IMG/VR virus record: IMGVR_UViG_3300031976_000938
Span: 1-37,807 of that record
Source: a virus
DNA: 37,807 bases
Strand: one strand, 5' to 3'
Below are positions 9,355-15,611 of the stretch, in pieces. The notes below the pieces were generated by a model, which was not told the origin of the DNA, did no database searches, and was given only the letters and a program-made list of their open reading frames with translations. A program made the position numbers and the translations under genes. How positions within the stretch are numbered: position 1 is the stretch's first letter; every line of letters begins with the position of its first letter.

Positions 9355-10110
9355 ATGTCTAAACCATTCATTCAGTGGATGGGCGGCAAGCGCCGCCTGG
9401 CCAAACACATTCTGCCGAACTTCCCTGACCACCAGTGCTACGTTGAGCCCTTCGCGGGCGGCGCGGCGCTGTTTTTCATGAAGCAGCCGAGCAAAGTGGA
9501 GGTGATCAACGATACCAATAGCGACCTGGTTAACTTGTACCGCGTGGTGCAGCACCACCTGGAAGAGTTCGTCCGCCAGTTTAAGTGGGCGTTGGTCTCC
9601 CGCGAGATATTCGCGTGGGAGAAGCTCAAGCACGTTGACACGTTGACGGATATCCAGCGCGCCGCGCGGTTCTACTACCTGCAGCAGCAAGGGTTCGGCG
9701 GTAAGCTCAATTCCAACTTTGGCATCTCGACCACGTCTAGCCCTGGCCTGAACCTGCTGCGGATCGAGGAGAACCTCAGCCAGGCGCACCTGCGGCTCTC
9801 GCGCGTGTTCGTCGAGAACATGGACTGGAAAGCGGTCATGAAGCGCTACGACCGGCCGCACACACTGCACTATCTGGATCCGCCGTATTGGGCGACCGCT
9901 GGCTATGATTGCGAGTTCCCATTCGAGGAGTACGAGGCGATGGCCACGCTTGCGCGGGAGGTGCAGGGGAAGGTGATCATCTCGATCAACGATCACCCTG
10001 ACATACGCCATGTATTCGATGGGCTGCGGATCGAGGAGGTGTCGCTCAACTACACGGTGGGCGCGAGTAACAGTAAGAAGGCCAAGGAGCTGGTGATTTA
10101 TAACTGGTAG
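9355..10110 (+). CDS. dam: DNA adenine methyltransferase, Dam (D12 class) family
   Basis: N-terminal WMGGKRRLAKHILPNFP...YVEPFAGGAALFF (AdoMet motif) and catalytic LDPPYW motif. AAGGA RBS. Confidence 0.9.
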   Translation: MSKPFIQWMGGKRRLAKHILPNFPDHQCYVEPFAGGAALFFMKQPSKVEVINDTNSDLVNLYRVVQHHLEEFVRQFKWALVSREIFAWEKLKHVDTLTDIQRAARFYYLQQQGFGGKLNSNFGISTTSSPGLNLLRIEENLSQAHLRLSRVFVENMDWKAVMKRYDRPHTLHYLDPPYWATAGYDCEFPFEEYEAMATLAREVQGKVIISINDHPDIRHVFDGLRIEEVSLNYTVGASNSKKAKELVIYNW

Positions 10111-10121
10111 GCAAAAAGAAA

Positions 10122-10152
10122 CCCCATCGCCGAAAGGCGGTGGGGCTTTTTT
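10122..10152. terminator. bidirectional intrinsic terminator between dam (+) and the 130-aa gene (-)
   Basis: 10-bp stem CCCCATCGCC / GGCGGTGGGG (one G-U pair) with a GAAA loop. TTTTTT lies downstream on the + strand and AAAAAGAAA upstream, which reads as a T-run on the - strand. Confidence 0.75.
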
Positions 10153-10167
10153 GTGTCTGGAGGTTGG

Positions 10168-10560
10168 CTAGTTAAGCTCATCCCAGGGCACTGAGCCGGG
10201 CAGATCCTCGCCGGGCTCGCGAGGGCGAACTTGGGCGAGCTTCGCTTGGCGATCGGCGGGCGCTGCGAGCCGGTACGCTTCGAGCGTGCTGATCGCCCTG
10301 CCGTTGGCTGTTGTCCAGACCGGTCGGCCGTCCTGCTCACCGACGCGGATCCAGACCGGCCCTTGGTCGCTATCGCTCCACCGGCATGCCGCCCAGTCAT
10401 GGCCCTGGACGTCATCGGTGCGGGTGCAGGTCGCGACCCTGCCGGTTTCCTGGATGACCAGTTCGAGCTGGCGTTCATCTTTGCGGCCTTGGTCGCTTAG
10501 ATAGGCAATGACAGCGGCAACTGCGGTCACGCCGAGAATGATCTTTGTGATGGTTTTCAT
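10168..10560 (-). CDS. membrane-anchored / exported protein of unknown function (moron candidate)
   Basis: N-terminal hydrophobic helix MKTITKIILGVTAVAAVIAYL followed by a soluble domain with two Cys. It has its own flanking terminators. Confidence 0.7.
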   Translation of the reverse strand: MKTITKIILGVTAVAAVIAYLSDQGRKDERQLELVIQETGRVATCTRTDDVQGHDWAACRWSDSDQGPVWIRVGEQDGRPVWTTANGRAISTLEAYRLAAPADRQAKLAQVRPREPGEDLPGSVPWDELN

Positions 10561-10629
10561 ACCTTTCCCCTGCGTTATATCAGGGGAAGGTTATCATGGC
10601 GGGCTGTGCATCGCGGTGTGGGGAGTGCA

Positions 10630-10657
10630 ACAAAAAGCCCTGCTGGGCGGCAGGGCT
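10630..10657 (-). terminator. intrinsic terminator ending the 10666-12130 operon
   Basis: On the minus strand, AGCCCTGC-cgccca-GCAGGGCT is followed by TTTTTGTTG. Confidence 0.65.
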
Positions 10658-10665
10658 GGGGGTGG

Positions 10666-11139
10666 TTAGGGTTTAGGTCGCAAGCCAATGGAGTTTAGTG
10701 TTCCCACGGCTTCTTCGTTTACGCCTTCGCCACTGGGATTCGCCTCGCTGAGCGTTACTCGGGCCACCACGAGGCGTCGATCTCGGCTCAGTCCCAGTCG
10801 ATCCAATAGGTATTTTGCCTGATCAGCCCCAGCGCGGTCGCTGTGTGCGCCATCTGTCAGGGTGGGGTTTCCGTGTTGATCTAGCTTGGCTAGCCACCAC
10901 TGCTCGCCAATCGTGGGCGCGGTCGGCTCGCGCCTTAGCTGTTCTTGCGGCGCTGCTTCCATTAAGCCTGTTGGGGTTTGCGCAGTGCCCGTGCCTGTTA
11001 GAAAGCGATCAGCTTCCTGCTCGATCAGATCTGCTGCGCGCCATGCAGGATGTTTGTGCAGCTCGCTTTCTGGCTGGCCTTCGCAGGCAGATCGGGCGGC
11101 CTTGCGCAGTTCATCGGGGGTCGGTGCGCTGTAGGTCAT
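10666..11139 (-). CDS. hypothetical protein (157 aa)
   Basis: ATGA start/stop overlap with the upstream gene. No family recognised by eye. Confidence 0.7.
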   Translation of the reverse strand: MTYSAPTPDELRKAARSACEGQPESELHKHPAWRAADLIEQEADRFLTGTGTAQTPTGLMEAAPQEQLRREPTAPTIGEQWWLAKLDQHGNPTLTDGAHSDRAGADQAKYLLDRLGLSRDRRLVVARVTLSEANPSGEGVNEEAVGTLNSIGLRPKP

Positions 11140-11576
11140 TGGGCTGCCTCCGTTTCGCCTTTATCTTTAGGTCGCGTGGCGTTGCATTCCGGGTAAGTGC
11201 AGGCCATGGTGCCGTCGCCCATGTCCTCCCAGTCGTGATCGCAATCATCGCTCACCTTTTCCGGAGCGGGCTCCTGTGGGATATACACCTCACGCTTTAC
11301 GGCTGCCGTCATAAGCACCTGGTTATTGCTAACTGTCACGCTGCCAAGTGCGTGGTGCTGGGTGCCTGAGATCGGTGAGGTCATAACCGGTGCGCATGTC
11401 ACCAAGCGCCCCACCAGGCGGTCAAAATCTTCAGGATCAATATCAAACTTATTGGTGAGCAGCTCGTCCATCTGATCCCAGCCCGCATCGTCATCGCTAA
11501 GCTCGCCAGGGAACATCGCTTGCAGCAGTTCAAAACGCTCAAGATCGGTTAGCGGGTAAAATTTCTGTTTGCTCAT
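11136..11576 (-). CDS. hypothetical acidic protein with C-terminal Cys/His cluster (146 aa)
   Basis: AAAGGAAAT RBS. Strongly acidic N-terminal half (ELSDDDAGWDQMDELL...DPEDFD). C-terminal CDHDWEDMGDGTMACTYPEC. Confidence 0.75.
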   Translation of the reverse strand: MSKQKFYPLTDLERFELLQAMFPGELSDDDAGWDQMDELLTNKFDIDPEDFDRLVGRLVTCAPVMTSPISGTQHHALGSVTVSNNQVLMTAAVKREVYIPQEPAPEKVSDDCDHDWEDMGDGTMACTYPECNATRPKDKGETEAAQ

Positions 11577-11592
11577 TATTATTTCCTTTTGA

Positions 11593-11721
11593 TTAGCGCC
11601 GCGGGCGACGACGTTTAGGTGATCCCATCTCTTCGAGGATCTCGATCAGGTAATCCGCCAAAGCGAACAGGTAGCGGATCGTTGCCACCAGGAAGCGGCC
11701 TATCTGTTTGAGCGCTTTCAT
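11593..11721 (-). CDS. small ORF, 42 aa: amphipathic/hydrophobic helix plus poly-Arg tail (not in the ORF track)
   Basis: Hand translation: MKALKQIGRFLVATIRYLFALADYLIEILEEMGSPKRRRPRR. Its ATG overlaps the TGA of the upstream gene (ATGA) and it exactly fills the gap between two called genes. Confidence 0.45.
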   Translation of the reverse strand: MKALKQIGRFLVATIRYLFALADYLIEILEEMGSPKRRRPRR

Positions 11722-11984
11722 TGTCCACCTCTCAGTGCCGCGTGGGCGTCTTTCAGGTGTTGGCCAGTAAGGGTGAGGGTTCGCTCGCTTCCTGGCTCAC
11801 GAGCGGTGTAGAAACCGTCTAGGCAGCGCTTTTCGCGCAGACGCTTGGCCATAACGTCACCGTTGCCGCTAGGGCGTCGGTATTCCCATGCCTGGGCAAA
11901 CGGCGCGAGGGCGGTTTCTAGCGCCTGTATGCGCGCCTGCTGGCGTTCGAGCGCTTGCTCGATGCGTGAGATAGTGTTGCTCAT
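11718..11984 (-). CDS. hypothetical protein (88 aa, N-terminal coiled coil)
   Basis: Track ORF with ATGA overlaps at both ends. Confidence 0.7.
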   Translation of the reverse strand: MSNTISRIEQALERQQARIQALETALAPFAQAWEYRRPSGNGDVMAKRLREKRCLDGFYTAREPGSERTLTLTGQHLKDAHAALRGGQ

Positions 11985-12130
11985 GCTGACGCCCCCAGCA
12001 GCCTTAGCAGGCTGCGAGAAACGCAGGCAGGGGTGTTTTCATCGGTGGCGTAGCGCGTGACGAGTTGCCGGTGCGCCAGCACGTTTTGCAGCGTTATTCT
12101 GCGGATCGTGGTAATCTCTTGCTGAGACAT
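11981..12130 (-). CDS. small ORF, 49 aa (not in the ORF track), first gene of the coupled operon
   Basis: Hand translation: MSQQEITTIRRITLQNVLAHRQLVTRYATDENTPACVSRSLLRLLGASA. GAGGA upstream; its stop overlaps the next ATG (ATGA). Confidence 0.4.
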   Translation of the reverse strand: MSQQEITTIRRITLQNVLAHRQLVTRYATDENTPACVSRSLLRLLGASA

Positions 12131-12200
12131 AGCAGTCCATCCTCGGTTTGTTTATGTCCGCCTGGTAGTCGGTAGCCGCCGACTGCCGGGCTTTTTCGTT

Positions 12201-12521
12201 TTAGGGGTCGTCGGCCAGTATTCGGTCGATGTCGCCCACTTCAAAGCGGCCTTCACCGCGCCGATATTTTTCAAAAAGATCCTGCACTGCTTCATCTAAA
12301 AATGTTTTGACTGGCACGTTATCGCGACTCTTAGCACGCATCATTGTCAGCTTGCTGTGTGTGTCAGGGTGGGTGTCATACGGAACTCGCCGCAGCTTCA
12401 CTTCTTCTTTCACATCGCGCATGGCGCGCTCTACATGCTTAGGCGCTTCCTTCGGCGCTTCTGTTGCGGCTTCCTTAGCCGCCGCAGGCTTGCGCGTCGT
12501 TAGTTTTTTGCGTTCAGCCAT
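12201..12521 (-). CDS. centromere-binding protein, ParG/omega-like ribbon-helix-helix (type Ib ParB analogue), 106 aa
   Basis: Start MAERKK at 12521 overlaps the parA stop (ATGGCTGA). Basic, low-complexity N-terminal tail, then LRRVPYDTHPDTHSKLTMMRAKSRDNVPVKTFLDEAVQDLFEKY, which matches the beta-alpha-alpha pattern of TP228 ParG by eye. Confidence 0.7.
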   Translation of the reverse strand: MAERKKLTTRKPAAAKEAATEAPKEAPKHVERAMRDVKEEVKLRRVPYDTHPDTHSKLTMMRAKSRDNVPVKTFLDEAVQDLFEKYRRGEGRFEVGDIDRILADDP

Positions 12522-13149
12522 TGAGAGCCTCCAGAATTTCCTTACCCAGCGCTTCGATCTCTTGGCGAGCTTTGTCACTGGCGGGTAGGTCCATCACGCT
12601 TCCGCCTTTGGCGCAGTCTGCAAACGCCACGCGTGAGGTGGTCAGTGCTGAAAAAACGGGCAGATCGTATTCAGCCAGAGCGTCGCGGACTTCGCGCCCC
12701 AGGTGCGTATTCTTGATCGCTCGTGACACTACAAATGCCGCCTTGGGCTTTCCGTCAGTTATGTCTTGTCGAGCGTGGATCAGATCAACGACATTCTCAC
12801 AGGCGTATATATCGAACGGGCTGGGCTGACAGGGGATCAGCACGAGGTCTGCAGTCTTGATCGCGGGCGTGATCAGCTCACTGATTTGCGGCGCGCCATC
12901 CAGTATCACGTAGTCGCAGCCACCGGTCAGGCGGGGCAGGTCGCGAGCGACTTGCTTGCCCATGCCCATTACTGGGAAAACGTCCTCGCTTTCGCGTGTC
13001 TCGCTCCACTTGGTAGCACTTCTTTGTGGGTCGATATCTACAAGCGCCACTTTATAGCCTTGCTGGTGTAGCCAGCAGGCCACATTGGTGGCCATTGTGG
13101 TTTTGCCTGCCCCACCTTTTTCGTTTAGAAAGCCAATAACCTTTGTCAT
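12514..13149 (-). CDS. parA: partition ATPase ParA (deviant Walker A, small type Ib form), 211 aa
   Basis: MTKVIGFLNEKGGAGKTT Walker A motif. GAGGAGG RBS upstream of ATG 13149. The longer track ORF (to 13215) reads through the repeat array and lacks an RBS. Confidence 0.9.
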   Translation of the reverse strand: MTKVIGFLNEKGGAGKTTMATNVACWLHQQGYKVALVDIDPQRSATKWSETRESEDVFPVMGMGKQVARDLPRLTGGCDYVILDGAPQISELITPAIKTADLVLIPCQPSPFDIYACENVVDLIHARQDITDGKPKAAFVVSRAIKNTHLGREVRDALAEYDLPVFSALTTSRVAFADCAKGGSVMDLPASDKARQEIEALGKEILEALNG

Positions 13150-13177
13150 TGGTTCATACCTCCTCGGTTTCTGTGCC

Positions 13178-13217
13178 GTACAATAGTACATTAGCACAAA
13201 AGTACAAAAGTACAAAT
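13178..13217. repeat. array A: five tetramer boxes at exact 8-bp phasing (GTAC aata GTAC atta GCAC aaaa GTAC aaaa GTAC aaat) in the parA promoter region
   Basis: Boxes start at 13178, 13186, 13194, 13202 and 13210, each followed by a 4-bp A/T spacer. Read directly from the sequence. Confidence 0.7.
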
Positions 13218-13479
13218 ACTATTTCACATGCCATATATGGCGCTTTCCTCGCGCCGATCCCTTCTAAACCTGCCGTGAACCGCTAGCCACGAGCCTTGCA
13301 GGCTGTAAGCGAGAGCGCCGCTCGCTACCAGTCCCTTTCATACACAAGCCTTGTTGCTGCCTTCTTACCTATCCCTGCCACTACTAGCGCCTTATCCACT
13401 CAATTCGATAACTAATCCATTTAGCGAAAAAGCACCGCCAATAGTAGCGGGCTAAATATGTATGCAAGCCAATAAACCA

Positions 13480-13509
13480 TACATACATAGCCACGCCCCT
13501 ACATACATA
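13480..13509. repeat. two TACATACATA motifs left of the telomere palindrome (inverted relative to the right-hand copies)
   Basis: Exact 10-mers at 13480..13489 and 13500..13509. A 9/10 copy in the opposite orientation lies at 13457..13466. Confidence 0.6.
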
Positions 13510-13529
13510 TACACCCCTACCTATAGATA

Positions 13530-13603
13530 GGGCCACCTATGTATGCATACCCACCCCATACTATACGTATAGTATGGGGTGGGTATGCATACATAGGTGG
13601 CCC
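13530..13603. repeat. telomere resolution site (telRL-type): 74-bp perfect palindrome
   Basis: GGGCCACCTATGTATGCATACCCACCCCATACTATAC | GTATAGTATGGGGTGGGTATGCATACATAGGTGGCCC. The dyad centre lies between 13566 and 13567. All 37 positions of each arm were checked by hand. It lies 133 bp upstream of the protelomerase gene. Confidence 0.85.
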
Positions 13604-13610
13604 AATATAC

Positions 13611-13722
13611 TATGTATGTATACATTGCCCCCAGGTATGTTTATGTATGTATGAGTATATATAGGGCTTGACGTGTATGGTTTGATAGTCTATAAAGATA
13701 CATAGGGTTTACTATGTATGTA
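13611..13722. repeat. three direct TATGTATGTA motifs right of the palindrome
   Basis: Exact 10-mers at 13611..13620, 13642..13651 and 13713..13722. The last lies between the predicted protelomerase promoter and its RBS. Confidence 0.6.
13668..13696 (+). promoter_or_regulatory. sigma70-type promoter for the protelomerase gene
   Basis: TTGACG (13668..13673), 17-nt spacer, TATAAA (13691..13696). Confidence 0.6.
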
Positions 13723-13736
13723 ATGAGGGCGAGAAA

Positions 13737-15299
13737 ATGAGCGGTGAATCACGCAAAAAGGTAGATCTCGGCGAATTGATAGAATGGTTGCTGAGCGAGA
13801 TCAAAGAGATCGACGCCGATGAGGAATTGGCGCGAAAAGAGAAAACCAAGCGGCTGACGCGGCTGGCGCGTAGCTTCAAGAGCAAGCTACACGACGACAA
13901 ACGGCGCAAGGATGCTGACCGGATCGCGGTCACCACCTTCCGCCGCTACATGACTCAGGCGCGGAAAGCGGTGACTGCCCAGAACTGGCGTCATCACAGC
14001 TTTGATCAGCAGATCGAGCGGCTGGCCAGCCGCTACCCGGCATACGCGAGCCAGCTGGAGGCGATCGGCAAGCTTTCCGATATCAGCGCCATTCGTATGG
14101 CCCACCGCGAGCTGCTCGATCAGATCCGCAACGACGATGACGCTTATGAGGATATCCGGGCGATGAAGCTAGACCACGAGATCATGCGTCACCTGACGCT
14201 GAGCTCTGCCCAAAAAACCACGCTGGCTGAAGAGGCTAACGAGGTGATGGAAGAGCGGGCGGTCAACACGATCGAGCTAAATTATCACTGGCTGATAGAG
14301 ACGACTTACGAGCTGCTGAGCAATCGGGAGCGCTTGGTGGATGGCGAATATCGCGGCTTTTTCAGTTACCTAGCGCTGGGTCTAGCGCTGGCCACCGGGC
14401 GGCGGGCGATCGAGGTTTTGAAAACCGGCCGCATCACTAAGGTGGGCGAGTACGAGGTGGAATTTAGTGGCCAGGCCAAAAAGCGCGGCGGCGTCGATTA
14501 CAGCGAGGCTTACCACATCTATACGCTAGTGAAGGCTGACCTGGTTATCGAAGCCTGGGACGAGCTGCGATCGCTGCCGGAAGCCTCCGAGCTGCAGGGC
14601 ATGGAAAACAGCGACGTAAACCGGCGCACCGCCAAAACCTTGAACTCACTGACCAAGCGAGTTTTTGACGACGAGGCTCGCGTGTTCAAAGACAGCCGCG
14701 CGATCTGGGCACGCCTGGTGTTTGAGCTGCACTTCACCCGCGACAAGCGCTGGAAAAAAGTCACCGAGGATGTGTTCTGGCGCGAGATGCTTGGCCATGA
14801 GGACATGGACACCCAGCGCAGCTACCGCGCGTTTAAGATCAATTACCAGGAGCCTGAACAGGCTGACGAGGAAGATCACGAACACGGCAGCCGCCTGGAA
14901 GCGCTGCGCGCCCTGGACGGATCCGAGCAGCTTGAAAGCAGCGATGCTATGGCAAGGGTTCATGCCTGGGTTAAGTCGCAGATCGAGAAGGAGCCCGACG
15001 CCAAAATCACCCAGTCATTGATCAGCCGGGAGTTGGGCGTTTACCGGCCTGCCATCAAAGCGTACCTGGAGCTGGCGCGGGAGGCGCTCGACACGCCAAA
15101 CGTTGACATGGATAAAGTATCGGTGGCGGTGCCCAAGGCGGTGGCCGAGGCTAAGCCCCGGTTGACTCCCCACCAGCAAGGGGATGGCCGGTGGGGTTGT
15201 GTCGCTTCGATTAACGGGATCGAGGTGGCTCGGGTAGCCGACCAGGCAGGAAGGATCGAAGCGATGCGAGCCGCTTACAACGCGGCTGGCGGGCGCTGA
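13737..15299 (+). CDS. protelomerase (telomere resolvase, TelN/TelK family)
   Basis: 520 aa. ...FFSYLALGLALATGRRAIEVLKTG... and LGHEDMDTQRSYRAFKI (His...Tyr active-site pattern of Tyr-recombinase-like resolvases). Adjacent to the palindrome. Confidence 0.9.
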   Translation: MSGESRKKVDLGELIEWLLSEIKEIDADEELARKEKTKRLTRLARSFKSKLHDDKRRKDADRIAVTTFRRYMTQARKAVTAQNWRHHSFDQQIERLASRYPAYASQLEAIGKLSDISAIRMAHRELLDQIRNDDDAYEDIRAMKLDHEIMRHLTLSSAQKTTLAEEANEVMEERAVNTIELNYHWLIETTYELLSNRERLVDGEYRGFFSYLALGLALATGRRAIEVLKTGRITKVGEYEVEFSGQAKKRGGVDYSEAYHIYTLVKADLVIEAWDELRSLPEASELQGMENSDVNRRTAKTLNSLTKRVFDDEARVFKDSRAIWARLVFELHFTRDKRWKKVTEDVFWREMLGHEDMDTQRSYRAFKINYQEPEQADEEDHEHGSRLEALRALDGSEQLESSDAMARVHAWVKSQIEKEPDAKITQSLISRELGVYRPAIKAYLELAREALDTPNVDMDKVSVAVPKAVAEAKPRLTPHQQGDGRWGCVASINGIEVARVADQAGRIEAMRAAYNAAGGR

Positions 15300-15562
15300 T
15301 GTAGTGCAGCGCTAACCAGTTGCATTGATAAACAAGTAGGCATGGGCTGGCGCGGTGGCGTCAGCCCTTTTTTATGCGCTGCTGCCAGGGTCTGGCACAG
15401 CGACTGAGCTAGTGTGACGTGGTCAGCGGCATCTTGGGCCACGCTTTGAAGCGTTTGACTGTCCACGCCATCGGATTGTGATAGCAGTTGCAGCAGTGCG
15501 CTGGCCCTGGCCAGGCGCTCTTCCAGTTGATCCTGTGCCTCAAGTGCAGTTGTCTCGGTCAT
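15275..15562 (-). CDS. small helical protein downstream of repA and preceded by a LexA box; candidate SOS-controlled antirepressor
   Basis: GGGGGG RBS 8 nt upstream of ATG 15562. The first about 65 aa look like a real helical protein. The C-terminal about 30 aa read through the protelomerase terminator and 3' end, so the true 3' end is uncertain. Confidence 0.5.
   Translation of the reverse strand: MTETTALEAQDQLEERLARASALLQLLSQSDGVDSQTLQSVAQDAADHVTLAQSLCQTLAAAHKKGLTPPRQPMPTCLSMQLVSAALHQRPPAAL
15344..15373 (+). terminator. intrinsic terminator after the protelomerase gene
   Basis: GGGCTG-12 nt-CAGCCC followed by TTTTTT. Confidence 0.7.
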
Positions 15563-15588
15563 AAATTTACCCCCCTACGTTTTATGTT

Positions 15589-15608
15589 TACTGTTTAAGT
15601 ATACAGTA
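15589..15608 (-). promoter_or_regulatory. LexA (SOS) box TACTGTTTAAGTATACAGTA
   Basis: Perfect CTGT-N8-ACAG with TA flanks and an A/T-only spacer apart from one G. It abuts a GATAAT -10-like hexamer (15608..13 on the minus strand) and lies 26 nt upstream of ATG 15562. Confidence 0.75.
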
Positions 15609-15611
15609 TTA

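Noticed and set aside
9211-10011. 266-aa minus-strand ORF
   Set aside because: It is antisense to the Dam methylase gene, which has clear catalytic motifs. It has no recognisable features of its own.
12161-12200. Strong hairpin plus T-run just downstream of the parB analogue, first taken for the parAB terminator
   Set aside because: The T-run, and the two G-U pairs that make the stem work, are on the + strand, opposite to parAB. On the minus strand the stem has C-A mismatches and no U-tail. It may block antisense transcription, but it is not a parAB terminator.
13150-13215. N-terminal extension of the ParA ORF (MYFCTFVLMYYCTAQKPRRYEP), and the similar extension of RepA at 19662..19709 (MYISTNVQKYIERNEQ)
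   Set aside because: Both extensions are simply the GTAC-N4 arrays read as codons (repeated Y/C/T/V). Internal ATGs have better context: a strong GAGGAGG RBS for parA and only a weak GAG for repA.
13430-13730. Dense short repeats around the palindrome, and the four GTAC arrays, considered as CRISPR-like or tandem-repeat (VNTR) elements
   Set aside because: The repeat units are 8-10 bp with no unique spacers of CRISPR size, and there are no cas genes. The layout fits protein-binding site arrays.
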